From IMG/VR virus record IMGVR_UViG_3300017560_000010: a stretch of DNA of 64,000 bases, one strand, 5' to 3'. Positions 9,974-20,134 of the stretch are shown here, piece by piece. Source of the DNA: a virus. A program made the position numbers and the translations under genes. The notes under the pieces are model-generated. The model was not told the origin of the DNA. It made no database searches and saw only the letters and a program-made list of their open reading frames with translations. Every line of letters begins with the position of its first letter. The stretch's first letter is position 1.

Positions 9974-10789
9974 ATGGGAAAAATGAAACGACTCGTATCA
10001 ACCACGGCGATCCTGTCCCTGGCGTTTCTGGCGACATTCGCGTTGCCAGAGAGGGGTTATGCATCCGGCAGTATGGATTGCACCGCTGCAGATGGCTCGT
10101 CGAGGAGCTATGCCGATATCGTCATGGGGTTCGAGGCGGCAGCGAGTAAACCCTGGCATTCGACCAACCCTTCTTCGAGTGCCACCGGAGCCTATCAGTT
10201 GACGGCTGCCGCACTGGTGGATGCGGGTTTCATCACCAAGGCCTCTTCGGGAAATGCAGGCAAGGGAACAAGCTCATGGTCGGGCGTCGTCTGGACCGAC
10301 AAAGCGCAGGCTCTCGGGGTCAACAGCCGGGACGACTTCTTCAACAACCAGAATGCGCAGAACGTCGCATTTGCCGCGTTCACCCAGACAAACGTGAATT
10401 ACGTCAAGCAGTTCTACACCCCGGGTCAGGTCGTGAACGGCGTCCCCATGAGCGACGGCGCCGCCGGCGTCGCTGCCCATATGCTTGGCATGGGCGGTTT
10501 CCAGAAATGGGCCGAGAGCGGGTTCTCTCCTTCGGGTCTCAATGCCGCAGACGCGGCTGCGCACAATATGTCTCCAGAGGAATACAACAACCATCTGATG
10601 CAGCGGATGGCGGCTGGGGGCTGCGCGGACCCGTCCCTGATCGAGCAGGCTGAAGAAGGCGGCGCCGCGGATGTCGACAAGATCCCTGAGATCATCCTGA
10701 TGCCATGGAAGCCGGATCAGCGCCCGGCAACCATCATGCCCGGCCAGATCCGTTCTCTGCTGGTCGAGGAATATATCAACAAGGATTGA
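9974..10789 (+). CDS. Secreted hypothetical protein
   Basis: Signal peptide MKRLVSTTAILSLAFLATFA. GGAGATGGG RBS-like sequence. Confidence 0.45.
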   Translation: MGKMKRLVSTTAILSLAFLATFALPERGYASGSMDCTAADGSSRSYADIVMGFEAAASKPWHSTNPSSSATGAYQLTAAALVDAGFITKASSGNAGKGTSSWSGVVWTDKAQALGVNSRDDFFNNQNAQNVAFAAFTQTNVNYVKQFYTPGQVVNGVPMSDGAAGVAAHMLGMGGFQKWAESGFSPSGLNAADAAAHNMSPEEYNNHLMQRMAAGGCADPSLIEQAEEGGAADVDKIPEIILMPWKPDQRPATIMPGQIRSLLVEEYINKD

Positions 10790-10793
10790 TCCG

Positions 10794-11291
10794 ATGAGCG
10801 AACGGGGATTCACCAGAAAGGTGGGGGGCTGGGCCTGGCGGAAGGTTCAGCCGGCCTATCAGACAGAACGGGCTTCCAAGCATGTGAGGACGGTCATCGA
10901 AGAGGCCCGCAACTCCGCCAGGCCGGCACGGCTCGACAGGACGGACTTCCTGAAGGGACTGAACGGCCGCCATCACGACGGAGGAAAGGCAAAATTTGCG
11001 GAGGCCGTGAAGCAGAATGATTTTCCGGCCGATAAGCTCGACCATTTTGCGGCTCATAACAGGAAGATCGCCGCTATTTATCTGGCGGTCGGGCTCATCG
11101 CCCCATTTATTGGTTATTTAATATCCGGAGGCGATCAGGCAATCAATTTTGGACCATTGTTCAGAATTGCCGTGATATTCGTCATGGCACTGGCTTTCGT
11201 TGTTTCGGTGAAACACGATTTTTCCAGCTGGCAGATTTCGAATAGAAGATTTGGGTCATTCCGGGAATATGTCAAAGACCGGCTGAGTTGA
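10794..11291 (+). CDS. Small membrane protein, unknown
   Basis: Two predicted TM helices (IAAIYLAVGLIAPFIGYLI; FRIAVIFVMALAFVV). Confidence 0.4.
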   Translation: MSERGFTRKVGGWAWRKVQPAYQTERASKHVRTVIEEARNSARPARLDRTDFLKGLNGRHHDGGKAKFAEAVKQNDFPADKLDHFAAHNRKIAAIYLAVGLIAPFIGYLISGGDQAINFGPLFRIAVIFVMALAFVVSVKHDFSSWQISNRRFGSFREYVKDRLS

Positions 11292-11303
11292 ATTGGCCGA
11301 TTA

Positions 11304-11828
11304 CTATAAATCCGGCGCAATGTCCTCATCGCCTTTTTCTTTTGGCGTTTCCAGGTTGAATGATTTGCGGAGCTGCTCGGTAAGTTCTTCGATACCCTTG
11401 AAGTCTTTGTCGATCGACAAGGTGGAAATCGGGTTTCCGTGTGATTTCGCGTTGCCGAGCTCGATGGCCATGAGCTGACCTTCATGGATCGCGATCACCA
11501 CGTAATCCTTGCGGTTTACCGTGGTTACGACGACACCGTTCACCCGCATGGGCGCCCGCCCGTCACCAAGGTCGAAGCTCAAGGATGCCGGTGCGAAATT
11601 ACGCGCCATGATCCCGGCGTCCTTCCTGGCGAAACTGATCCGATTCCTCCAGGTTGATTTTGTGGCTGCCTCCTCCGGAGACATCCCGAAGGTCTCGAAA
11701 AACTTCCGCTCTAGCAGAATCGGGTTGACCTCCCAATCCTCGGCGATGGTGACAACAAGATCATGACTATATTCGGATTTTTCGAGACGCTCCCGCAGGC
11801 TCGTCACCGCATTGATGATGTCAGACAT
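11304..11828 (-). CDS. Hypothetical protein
   Basis: 174-aa ORF, coding-like composition. Confidence 0.4.
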   Translation of the reverse strand: MSDIINAVTSLRERLEKSEYSHDLVVTIAEDWEVNPILLERKFFETFGMSPEEAATKSTWRNRISFARKDAGIMARNFAPASLSFDLGDGRAPMRVNGVVVTTVNRKDYVVIAIHEGQLMAIELGNAKSHGNPISTLSIDKDFKGIEELTEQLRKSFNLETPKEKGDEDIAPDL

Positions 11829-12112
11829 TCATACGCACATCTTTTATAGGGGCCGACGATGGCTGCCGCGCTTGGTTGATTCGATTATCCTGAAGGAAAA
11901 ATCAACATCATTCTTGCGACTGGAGCAATATAAGTGGGAAGCGGTATTTTTTATCCGACACTTTTGGATAGCTGCCCTCCAAAGTGTGAACGCGTCCATT
12001 TCTTGACCGGCAGGACATACTGCCATCATCGCATTGAATTTCGTGCGAAAATGCTTGCGAAAGGCGTCCCCGCCACCAACATATCATACAGGATAGTCCT
12101 CTGGAGTTCATA

Positions 12113-12883
12113 ATGGAAAAATATGCCGTGACCGCGCCCTCTGCACAAAATCCAGGCAGAGAGAATGTCGATCTGGGGCTTCGGGATCACATGAACCGGG
12201 TCTACACCCTGATGTCCATGGGACTCATGGTCACGGGATTGACGGCATGGATTGTGGCGAGCCTTGCGATTTCCGGAACGGAGACCAAGCATGTGATGAC
12301 CAATGGAACCTATCTAACCGATCTTGGGCATGCCATCTTCATGACCCCCTGGGCTTTCGTCATCATGGTGTCGCCCCTGGCGATCGTTCTGCTTCTGGGC
12401 TTTGGCATCATGCAGATCTCGGGACGGACAGCGACAATCGTCTTTCATCTCTTCGCCGCATTGATGGGGTTGTCGATGAGCACGATCTTTGCCGTCTACA
12501 CGACAGGATCAATCGTCCAGACCTTCCTCGTCACATCCGCGGCTTTCGCCGGACTGTCGCTTTTTGGCTACACGACGAAAAGGGATCTCTCCGCCGTGGG
12601 AGCTTTCCTGATCATGGGTCTATTTGGCCTCATCATCGCGATGGTGGTGAACATCTTCGTTCAGTCTACAGCCCTCGACCTTACGCTTTCGGTGCTCGGT
12701 GTCCTGATTTTCGCCGGATTGACGGCTTATGATACCCAGAAGATCAAGGGTGAGTATCTGCAGCTTGCGGGCCGTGGTGATGAGAGTTTGCGGAAGGTCG
12801 CGGTGATGAGCGCACTGACCCTCTACCTGGATTTCGTCAACCTCTTCCTGACCCTGCTGAGACTTCTGGGCAACAAGCGTTGA
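12113..12883 (+). CDS. BAX inhibitor-1 / YccA family inner-membrane protein
   Basis: About 7 TM helices. N-terminal RVYTLMSMGLMVTGLTA and C-terminal LTLYLDFVNLFLTLLRLLG are family hallmarks. Confidence 0.8.
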   Translation: MEKYAVTAPSAQNPGRENVDLGLRDHMNRVYTLMSMGLMVTGLTAWIVASLAISGTETKHVMTNGTYLTDLGHAIFMTPWAFVIMVSPLAIVLLLGFGIMQISGRTATIVFHLFAALMGLSMSTIFAVYTTGSIVQTFLVTSAAFAGLSLFGYTTKRDLSAVGAFLIMGLFGLIIAMVVNIFVQSTALDLTLSVLGVLIFAGLTAYDTQKIKGEYLQLAGRGDESLRKVAVMSALTLYLDFVNLFLTLLRLLGNKR

Positions 12884-12908
12884 ACGGATCAGGCGACGAA
12901 ATCATGAA

Positions 12909-12940
12909 GCCGACACAATGTGCCGGCTTTCGCTTTCTCC
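12909..12940. terminator. Candidate bidirectional rho-independent terminator between convergent genes
   Basis: GCCGACACA-A-TGTGCCGGC hairpin (one mismatch) followed by TTTCGCTTTCTCC. Confidence 0.45.
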
Positions 12941-12963
12941 ATGCTCATGAATGAACAACCGGT

Positions 12964-13215
12964 TCAGGCCGGTTCAGGCCCGTCGTCCTCGGCAAACATG
13001 CGGGTCATATTCCCTTCCGCGTCGATGATGTTCGCCGCGGTGCCAGGAGCGACCTTTTCCTTGGCAATCAGCGAGGCAAGCGACAGACCGTATTCATCCG
13101 GCCTGTCGATATCCACGTAAAGACCGTAGGACTTGTCCGGATGGTTTCTGGCCATCCATTTCGCCTGTTCGAAAGCGCGGTTGAATCCCTCCAGGGAGCG
13201 CGGATATGAAGACAT
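12964..13215 (-). CDS. Small hypothetical protein
   Basis: 83-aa ORF directly downstream of tyrS on the same strand. Confidence 0.3.
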   Translation of the reverse strand: MSSYPRSLEGFNRAFEQAKWMARNHPDKSYGLYVDIDRPDEYGLSLASLIAKEKVAPGTAANIIDAEGNMTRMFAEDDGPEPA

Positions 13216-13236
13216 CGTATTTCCTTTCCGTTCCTT

Positions 13237-14478
13237 TCAAGAAACCCGGAGCATCCGGTGTTTCTTTTTCCCGATCGAGACGACCAACCCGTCCTGGATG
13301 TGGTTCGGGTCCGTTCTCGTGGCCAAGTCGACCAGGCATCCGTCAAAGCGCACAGCGCCATCCTGGATCAGGCGTTTTGCTTCCTTGCCTGAAGCGGCCA
13401 GTCCGGTAAGGACAACGATCCTGGATGCGGAAACCGCTTCCGAGAGCACATCCGCCGAGACGATAATCTCGTCGAGGCCGGATCCGTCGCCGACCTGCCC
13501 GAAGACATTACCGGCCGTCTCCGAGGCCTCTCGTGCCGCGTCTGGACCATGGATCAGCATTGTGACCTCGTCGGCGAGGACCTTTTTGGCTTCGTTGATA
13601 TCTGCTCCCTGGAGGGCTCCCAGCCTGTCGCATTCAGGAACAGGCAGCTCCGTGAACAGTTTCAGGAAACGGCCCACATCCGCATCATGAGTGTTGCGCC
13701 AGAACTGCCAGAACTCGTAGGCCGAAAGCATGTCCGGATTGAGCCAGATGGCCTTGCCCGAAGACTTGCCCATCTTCTTTCCATCGGATGTTTCGATGAG
13801 CGGCGTTGTCAGACCGAAAAGCTCACGCCCGTCGGCCCGTCGTGCAAGCTCGATCCCGTTGACGATATTTCCCCATTGGTCCGATCCTCCCATCTGCAAC
13901 CGGCAGCCGTGCACCCTGCCGAGGTGCAGGAAGTCATAAGCCTGCATGCACATGTAGTTGAACTCGAGAAGGCTCAGGCTCTCCAGCCTGTCCAGCCGAA
14001 TCTTGACGGAATCGAAGGACAGCATGCGGTTGACCGAGAAATGACGACCGATGTCCCGCAGGAAATCGATGAATTTCAGGCCATCCAGCCAATCCGCATT
14101 GTCCAGGATGAGCGGCGGGTTGGTGGGATCGTCAAGAAGAAGGTGGAATGGTCTCAGCAGACCTTCCATATTGCGAGCGATTTCCTCATGGGTCAGCATG
14201 GGGCGTTCGCTCGATCGGAACGACGGATCTCCGATCCGGGTGGTCCCGCCGCCCATCAACACGATCGGCTTGTGACCGCAGTGCTGAAACCAGCGCAGCA
14301 TCATGATGTTCACCAGATGCCCGACATGCAGGCTTGGCGCCGTGGCATCGTAGCCGATATAGCCGGTGACAGGCGCTTTGGTCAGCATCTGGTCGAGTGC
14401 CGCCATGTTGGTGCAGGCGGAGACAAATCCCCGCTCCTGCATGATCTGGAGGAAGTCAGATCGAACTTCAGCCGCCAT
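13237..14478 (-). CDS. tyrS: Tyrosine--tRNA ligase
   Basis: Class I HIGH motif (HVGHL), KMSKS variant (KMGKS), and C-terminal S4-like domain ([22 protein letters not shown]). Confidence 0.9.
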   Translation of the reverse strand: MAAEVRSDFLQIMQERGFVSACTNMAALDQMLTKAPVTGYIGYDATAPSLHVGHLVNIMMLRWFQHCGHKPIVLMGGGTTRIGDPSFRSSERPMLTHEEIARNMEGLLRPFHLLLDDPTNPPLILDNADWLDGLKFIDFLRDIGRHFSVNRMLSFDSVKIRLDRLESLSLLEFNYMCMQAYDFLHLGRVHGCRLQMGGSDQWGNIVNGIELARRADGRELFGLTTPLIETSDGKKMGKSSGKAIWLNPDMLSAYEFWQFWRNTHDADVGRFLKLFTELPVPECDRLGALQGADINEAKKVLADEVTMLIHGPDAAREASETAGNVFGQVGDGSGLDEIIVSADVLSEAVSASRIVVLTGLAASGKEAKRLIQDGAVRFDGCLVDLATRTDPNHIQDGLVVSIGKKKHRMLRVS

Positions 14479-14583
14479 TACCCTGCCCGTTCGCCTTATG
14501 AGAAAGTGCTTATCATTCTATTTCTGGCGTGTCTTTTTCGCAAGGGCATTCTAAACTGGGAGAGAACAACCGGGATCAACGGC

Positions 14584-15513
14584 ATGGCGCGTTTTCTTCA
14601 ATGGTCGGACCTGCATCGTGAATTCGGCAATGCCTCGCAGCCGGTCGACTTCCCCATGCCGACATTCGATTGCCCTGCAGGCTCGGTCGATGGGATCCTG
14701 ATCGCAGGCGACCTCGCCTGCGGTATCGACCATGTCGATGCGCTGGTGGAGATCCATGAGGCCTGGAAGGTCCCCGTGATCTCTATCAGAGGGAACCACG
14801 AATTCTACCACAATGAGTTCACATCATTGCCGGGACGCATGTCCGATGCGGTCAAGCGCGCCCGCGAACAGGGCCATGATATTCGTGTCCTGGATCGGGA
14901 AAGCATGGAGATTGCGGGCACGCGCTTGCTTGCATGCACTCTGTGGACCGATTTCGACATCGTCGGCAATCACCAGGACCAGATGTTCGGGGCATCTGTG
15001 GTCATCAACGACTATCGAAAGATCATCGTGTCGGATGAGGTCCGCGACCGCTATCTTCAGCCTGAAGACACACGCGCCATGCATCTTCATGACCGGTCCT
15101 GGTTGGTCGAGGCGTTGCGCAAGGATTTCGACGGTCCGACCGTTGTCATGACCCATCACCTCCCGGTTCCGGAGGTTCTGGCCGAGAGTGCCGGAAAAGG
15201 ACCTTACGCGCCTGCCTATGTCAGTGACCTGCGTGAAGACGTTCTTGGCTTGAAGGTGGATGCCTGGATTTCGGGGCATACCCATCAGGCTAGGCGGGGG
15301 ATCGTGAACGGCTTGCATGGGCCGATCGCATTCACCTCGAACATGATGGGATATCCCGGACAGGTCACGAATTTCGAGCCTTACAGGGTCCTGGATTCCC
15401 TTGCTCCCGAGTTGGGACTTGCACAGATCGACATTGAGGATCCGGAATTGTCCGGGCTTCCTTCGGCAGAAGCCGTTATCGAAGGACTGAGGGCTCCGGT
15501 CCCGGCCATGTAA
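14584..15513 (+). CDS. Calcineurin-like metallophosphoesterase
   Basis: DLH, GDLA, GNHE, and GHTH metal-binding motifs. Upstream ORF extension (13549..) is antisense to tyrS and was discarded. Confidence 0.65.
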   Translation: MARFLQWSDLHREFGNASQPVDFPMPTFDCPAGSVDGILIAGDLACGIDHVDALVEIHEAWKVPVISIRGNHEFYHNEFTSLPGRMSDAVKRAREQGHDIRVLDRESMEIAGTRLLACTLWTDFDIVGNHQDQMFGASVVINDYRKIIVSDEVRDRYLQPEDTRAMHLHDRSWLVEALRKDFDGPTVVMTHHLPVPEVLAESAGKGPYAPAYVSDLREDVLGLKVDAWISGHTHQARRGIVNGLHGPIAFTSNMMGYPGQVTNFEPYRVLDSLAPELGLAQIDIEDPELSGLPSAEAVIEGLRAPVPAM

Positions 15514-15535
15514 ATTCATGCGAAAAGGAAAGCTT

Positions 15536-16186
15536 ATGGATGAAAAGATGCTCGAGATCGAGAAGAGAAAGACCCAGCTCATCGGCTGGCTTACAGGGCG
15601 CGGTCACTACATGGCCCTGGACGCGATGCACTATGCGCGCGGGTTTCATACCGGGACGCGGAAGGATGGCATCACTCCTGAATTCGATCATCAGATTTCC
15701 ATCGCGCAATATCTGAGGACATTGAGCCCATCCCTTCAGCATCCGCAGGAAACCTTCGCTGCGGTGTTCCTGCATGATGTCCGGGAAGATTTTGACGTAT
15801 CGGATCGCGATATCCGCGACCGTTTCGGGGCAATGACAGCCAGTGCTGTCGACGCGCTGACCAAAGTCGTCCGCGGCCGCAAGCGGCGCCCGGAGCTTGT
15901 GTTCGAGGCAATCGCAGCCGACCCGATCGCCTCGGTGGTGAAAGGTGCCGATCGCCATCACAACCATTCGTCCATGGTCGGCGTGTTCAGTCTGGAGAAA
16001 CAGCGGGAATACATCGACGAGACCAATGATTTTTTCTTCCCCATGCTGAAGAAGGCGAAGGCTAACTTCCCGAGCCAGGAACTCGTCTACGAAAACCTGA
16101 AGCACACGCTGAAATGCGAAATCGCGCTGATCGAGGCCATTCATGCGGCCGCATCAGAGCCGGAAAACGACCCGTTGTCGCTTTAA
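15536..16186 (+). CDS. HD-domain phosphohydrolase, (p)ppGpp-hydrolase (SpoT/Mesh1-like) type
   Basis: H...AVFLHDVREDF matches the HD hydrolase signature of RelA/SpoT hydrolase domains. AAGGAAAG RBS 6 nt upstream. Confidence 0.5.
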   Translation: MDEKMLEIEKRKTQLIGWLTGRGHYMALDAMHYARGFHTGTRKDGITPEFDHQISIAQYLRTLSPSLQHPQETFAAVFLHDVREDFDVSDRDIRDRFGAMTASAVDALTKVVRGRKRRPELVFEAIAADPIASVVKGADRHHNHSSMVGVFSLEKQREYIDETNDFFFPMLKKAKANFPSQELVYENLKHTLKCEIALIEAIHAAASEPENDPLSL

Positions 16187-16196
16187 GGAGTGATCC

Positions 16197-16409
16197 ATGG
16201 CAAAATTCGAAATCAAGGCGCGTGTCGTCGAGACCTACGACAGGACGTTCCTGGTCGAGGCCGATACCGAAGAAGAAGCATTGGAGATGATGCGGAGCTA
16301 TGACTTCGACAACTCCAGCTATCTTCCTGATGATGATGAATCCATCGAATGGGTCGCCAGGGATCCCGAGGTGGTTGGCGTTGCAGGCAATGGCGGCCCA
16401 GGCCTCTGA
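16197..16409 (+). CDS. Small acidic hypothetical protein
   Basis: Strong AAGGAG RBS 8 nt upstream; 70 aa. Confidence 0.4.
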   Translation: MAKFEIKARVVETYDRTFLVEADTEEEALEMMRSYDFDNSSYLPDDDESIEWVARDPEVVGVAGNGGPGL

Positions 16410-16425
16410 GGAACGGAATAACGAT

Positions 16426-16902
16426 ATGCATTTCGATGACCCTTCCCGTCGTCCTCCGGGAGACCAGTTCTACCTTGGGGGCAGTGCAACCGAGCAATTC
16501 AGGAGCCTTCCTCCCTTTTTGCGAGGATATATTTCCGCTGTCTTCTTCACGGCGCCGCTGGGTGAGTGCGACGGTGAGCCGGATCTGAAGGAACACGGTT
16601 TCACGGATCTTGGACTGGAAACCCTTGAGAAAATGAAAACGGATTGCGCCAGGTTCTGCGAGGAGAATGCCGCAGATCTTGCGATCCTGATCGCGCCAGG
16701 CTCGCGGCCTGGTGATCGATATACGATGGAGAACGCCGGGATCGATTTCCTGTTCACCCGCGACGGCGCAGGTGTCGGATATTGGGATCGCGGTTTCACC
16801 GGCGCAGCCGAAGAAGCGGCCGAGCGCCTCACCAACGCCTGCGAGGCTTGGGGACCGGTCAATCTCGATCTTGATGATGATGGGCTCGTTTACGCCATGT
16901 GA
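16426..16902 (+). CDS. Hypothetical protein
   Basis: ORF starting MHFDDPSRR; no motif recognised. Confidence 0.4.
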   Translation: MHFDDPSRRPPGDQFYLGGSATEQFRSLPPFLRGYISAVFFTAPLGECDGEPDLKEHGFTDLGLETLEKMKTDCARFCEENAADLAILIAPGSRPGDRYTMENAGIDFLFTRDGAGVGYWDRGFTGAAEEAAERLTNACEAWGPVNLDLDDDGLVYAM

Positions 16903-16977
16903 TCGTGCTTCATCAAGACCCATGCCCCCCACCAATGCCGTAGCTTGGAGGGGGGCATATCTTCGACCCACTTTTTT

Positions 16978-18033
16978 TCATGCGCTTCCCCAGGAGGGTC
17001 GGTCCTCGGCGAGAGTCAGGCCTTGACGGAGGACGCCGGCAAATTTGCTCGCACTGATCGCACGACCGAACCTCTTCTTCCGGGCATCCCGGATAGCCGC
17101 GCTCAGGGCGCCCTTCGCTTTTTTATCCTCATCGCCCAACGCCGGCATTCCGGTCACGGACCAGGGAAGAATGGCGAAATAGGATGCGGTGCCGGAGTCG
17201 TCCTCATCATCGATATCCTCCAGGTCCATATTGCCGATGAAGCGCAGCGCGAGCAGGTGCAGCCGGCCGCCGCCCCCGCGATGGAGGCCGATATAGTAAC
17301 CGCCCATGTCGTCGGCCCCCTTCAGATTGGCATAGACGTCGATCTTGCCTTCAGGCTGCCATCCTGCCGCGCGGATGATCTCGCTCTCCTTTTCGGCGGC
17401 TGCCTTTGCGAAGCCAGGGCTTAACTGCTCCCTGGTAAGGATATACTTCCATTCGCGCGCGACACCCGTTTGGTCCTCGAGCGCCTCGAGGAAGGATCCG
17501 TATTTCCGCTTCCCGACCGGGGCACCGCGCTTGTCGGAGTTCCAGGTGGCAAGGGCCCAGGCGATTTCCCTTGGGCCGACGATGGAAGCCTCCTTCCAGT
17601 TGGTTTCAAACCAATCGGCCGCGGTCCGGGCAGCCTCCTCATTCCCGTCCATGAGCACTGAAGCTTCGATCAGCCTGGCGGGCGAAAGAAAGCCAACTCC
17701 GCGGCTTGAAAGATTGGCCGAGCCAACAACGCAGCCCTCGTCCGAGAGATATACCTTCGCATGGAAGTCGGGCAGCCATCTCAGGTTTTCGCCGAGCTTT
17801 TCGGAAAGCGCCTTCAATGCGTGGGGGTTTGTGCCGCCCATGCCGATATCGCAAATCAGCCTGGACCCTGCCTGGACAGCGTCTTCCGCTCCGCTGCCAA
17901 GGAATGCCGAAGCGATCCGTACGTCCTTCCCAGACAAGATCCGCTTGATCTGTGGACTGCTTCCGGCTTCGAGGTCCGAACTGATTACAAACTGCATTCC
18001 CGACATCCCTGGCACTATGAAAGGTGCAACCAC
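16978..18033 (-). CDS. Phospholipase D (HKD) family nuclease-like protein with uncharacterised ~200-aa C-terminal domain
   Basis: Single HKD motif HAKVYLSDEGCVVGSANLS (HxK(x)4D(x)6GSxN). Confidence 0.65.
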   Translation of the reverse strand: MVAPFIVPGMSGMQFVISSDLEAGSSPQIKRILSGKDVRIASAFLGSGAEDAVQAGSRLICDIGMGGTNPHALKALSEKLGENLRWLPDFHAKVYLSDEGCVVGSANLSSRGVGFLSPARLIEASVLMDGNEEAARTAADWFETNWKEASIVGPREIAWALATWNSDKRGAPVGKRKYGSFLEALEDQTGVAREWKYILTREQLSPGFAKAAAEKESEIIRAAGWQPEGKIDVYANLKGADDMGGYYIGLHRGGGGRLHLLALRFIGNMDLEDIDDEDDSGTASYFAILPWSVTGMPALGDEDKKAKGALSAAIRDARKKRFGRAISASKFAGVLRQGLTLAEDRPSWGSA

Positions 18034-18090
18034 ATGATATGGTTCTCTGGAAAAATCAACGGTAATTCCTTTCCTGAGCGGGATTCCATG

Positions 18091-18143
18091 TCATGCGAAA
18101 ATGTTATTGTTGCAAACACCTCACGATGATAGTTTTCGCATGA
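18091..18143. promoter_or_regulatory. Inverted pair of the recurrent motif (TCATGCGAAAA ... TTTTCGCATGA) in the PLD/SPFH divergent intergenic region
   Basis: 11-bp perfect inverted repeat separated by 31 bp. Confidence 0.5.
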
Positions 18144-18176
18144 AGGGCAGAAGCCTCGAGTTTGAAAGGATGAACC

Positions 18177-19118
18177 ATGAATTTTCGCCGTTTTCTGCGC
18201 GTCCTCGTCCCATTGGGCATGGCGCTCTCCCTCGCCGGCTGTATCGGCGAAACGGTCGAGGTGCCGACCGCGCATCGCGGAATGATCAGCACCAGCGCCG
18301 GCCTGAAAGAGGGCGTCCTGCCGCCATCGAAGATCCGGCTGTCGAACATGTGCCTGACGTGCGACTCGCTGATCATCGCGGAGATCAGCGATTACGGCAT
18401 CTCCGAGAATTTCGAGCTCTATATGCCGAAGGATCGCCTGAACCTGACGGTCGATGTCCGTGGCACCTTTGCCACCTCGGATACCGAGAAGGACCTGTCG
18501 ATGATCTTCAGCCGGGTTTCGGCCCAGCCGGTGACGGAAAGGGTGAAGGCGATCCGCGCTTCCACGGTCTACGAGACCTACGCCCAGCAGATCGTGCGTG
18601 AAAAAGCACGCTCCGTGCTTGCGAAATATGATATCGCGACGGTCATGGAGAACCGTGATTCAATCAGTGCCGAGCTTTTCGCGGAGGTGGTCGAGGCCCT
18701 TGAAGGCCGGCCGGTCAAGGTGCTGAACTTCGGCCTGAACGATGCACAGCCCCCTTCGGTCGTGACCGAAGCTGAGCTGAAGCGCAAGGAGCGAGAGATC
18801 GCCATCCTGCAGGCGGAAGCCAACAAGGAAGTGTCGTTGCGCGAAGCAGAAGCCGCGCTGGAAGTTGCCAAACTTCAGCAGGCTGTCGACCTGAAAGAGG
18901 CTGAAACCCAGGTCCTGGTCGAACAGAAGCTGAAGGAGGGCTTCTCCGATGCCTTCGTCGCTCAGCGCGGTCTTCGGATCCTCGAAGAGCTGGCGAAATC
19001 CGACAACCAGATCGTCTTCCTGCCCACCGAGGCCCTGAACAACCCTTCGGTGATGATCGGCGGCCTTGGCAAGGCCTTCGAGGATCAGCGCAAAGCGCGG
19101 GAAGCCGCGCGCCAATGA
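18177..19118 (+). CDS. SPFH/band-7 domain lipoprotein
   Basis: Lipobox LSLAGC after signal peptide. SPFH-like core and C-terminal coiled-coil (EAEAALEVAKLQQAVDLKEAE). Confidence 0.65.
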   Translation: MNFRRFLRVLVPLGMALSLAGCIGETVEVPTAHRGMISTSAGLKEGVLPPSKIRLSNMCLTCDSLIIAEISDYGISENFELYMPKDRLNLTVDVRGTFATSDTEKDLSMIFSRVSAQPVTERVKAIRASTVYETYAQQIVREKARSVLAKYDIATVMENRDSISAELFAEVVEALEGRPVKVLNFGLNDAQPPSVVTEAELKRKEREIAILQAEANKEVSLREAEAALEVAKLQQAVDLKEAETQVLVEQKLKEGFSDAFVAQRGLRILEELAKSDNQIVFLPTEALNNPSVMIGGLGKAFEDQRKAREAARQ

Positions 19119-19171
19119 TGGGATCGGGGCGGTTATCCGCCCCTTTGCTCAATCAAAATAAAGGAAAAGCC

Positions 19172-19582
19172 ATGACACTTTCGTATATCCTTCTTTCCTG
19201 GGCCATTCTGATTGCCTGTCTGTCCATTGCGGTGTTTGCCGTTTCTGGGATCGCGGGCACTCTCAGGAACCACAACGCCAGGAAATCCGCATCTCAAGCC
19301 GCAGCCCTGCCTGTCGGGCGCCTTCTCCTGTTCGGGACCGTTCTGGTCCTGGCGCTGCTGACCGCTGGCCGCTCATCGGTTTGGATGCCCAGGAACGATA
19401 TCTCCGCGCCGGCGGTCAGCTCTGCGATCGTGGAACAGAACGCTAAACGCATGGAGAAGGAAAATCGCCCGGCGGTGATCATCTCTTCCGGATCTTCGAC
19501 GAATTCTGAAAACGAGAAAACGCGGAAGAAAGAAGTCGAAAAGGTGAAGAACGAGTTCAACTCTCTTCCAGACGCTCATTGA
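19172..19582 (+). CDS. Small membrane protein downstream of SPFH gene (possible NfeD-like partner)
   Basis: AAAGGAAAAG RBS, two TM helices, charged C-terminus. Confidence 0.4.
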   Translation: MTLSYILLSWAILIACLSIAVFAVSGIAGTLRNHNARKSASQAAALPVGRLLLFGTVLVLALLTAGRSSVWMPRNDISAPAVSSAIVEQNAKRMEKENRPAVIISSGSSTNSENEKTRKKEVEKVKNEFNSLPDAH

Positions 19583-19611
19583 AATTCTCATCGGACCCAG
19601 GAGATCATGCC

Positions 19612-20070
19612 ATGCAGAAGCCGTTTCCTTTCAAGCCTGGCGACTGGGTCGCATCCCGTGGCGATCACAGAAATGTCGGGAAGGTGAAAGACGTCTACCG
19701 GGATCCGGGTTCCGATGAGGCGGTTCTCCTGGATCTGGTCCTCTATGACCGCGACGGCTCGCGTATCGGTCGGAAATCTCCAGCCTGTGGTGGCCCTAGC
19801 GGTTTTGAACCGGCCTGCGCGGCGGACTATTGGGAACGGATCACCCCACCGCTGTTTCCGGTTTCGCTGCAATGGGTGCCCGATGGCGATGGTTCGATCG
19901 CGAGGTATGTCGCTGGAACGGTCCTACCGCCGGCGAATTACCTTCCCCGAACCCGAACTCCGAGAAAGGCAGCGATTCAGCACGATGATCAATTGAGACG
20001 CGCCCTGGAGGCGATCGCCGGCGGCCATAACGATCCGCGCGCATTGGCCAGGGCGGCATTGGGTCTTTAG
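19612..20070 (+). CDS. Hypothetical protein
   Basis: AGGAGA RBS upstream of MQKPFPF. Confidence 0.4.
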   Translation: MQKPFPFKPGDWVASRGDHRNVGKVKDVYRDPGSDEAVLLDLVLYDRDGSRIGRKSPACGGPSGFEPACAADYWERITPPLFPVSLQWVPDGDGSIARYVAGTVLPPANYLPRTRTPRKAAIQHDDQLRRALEAIAGGHNDPRALARAALGL

Positions 20071-20134
20071 GACTGCGATCCCGTCCCAGCCGCCCGGCTC
20101 TCGACCGTAGCGAGAGCAGCCTCTTCCACCGCCT

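Noticed and set aside
13549-14583. 5' extension of the metallophosphoesterase ORF (654-aa version)
   Set aside because: The extension is antisense to tyrS. A clean start (MARFLQWSDLH) follows the tyrS intergenic region at 14584.
18101-18601. 166-aa + ORF starting inside the CATGCGAAAATG motif
   Set aside because: It overlaps the SPFH lipoprotein gene in another frame. Its start codon is an artefact of the recurrent motif.
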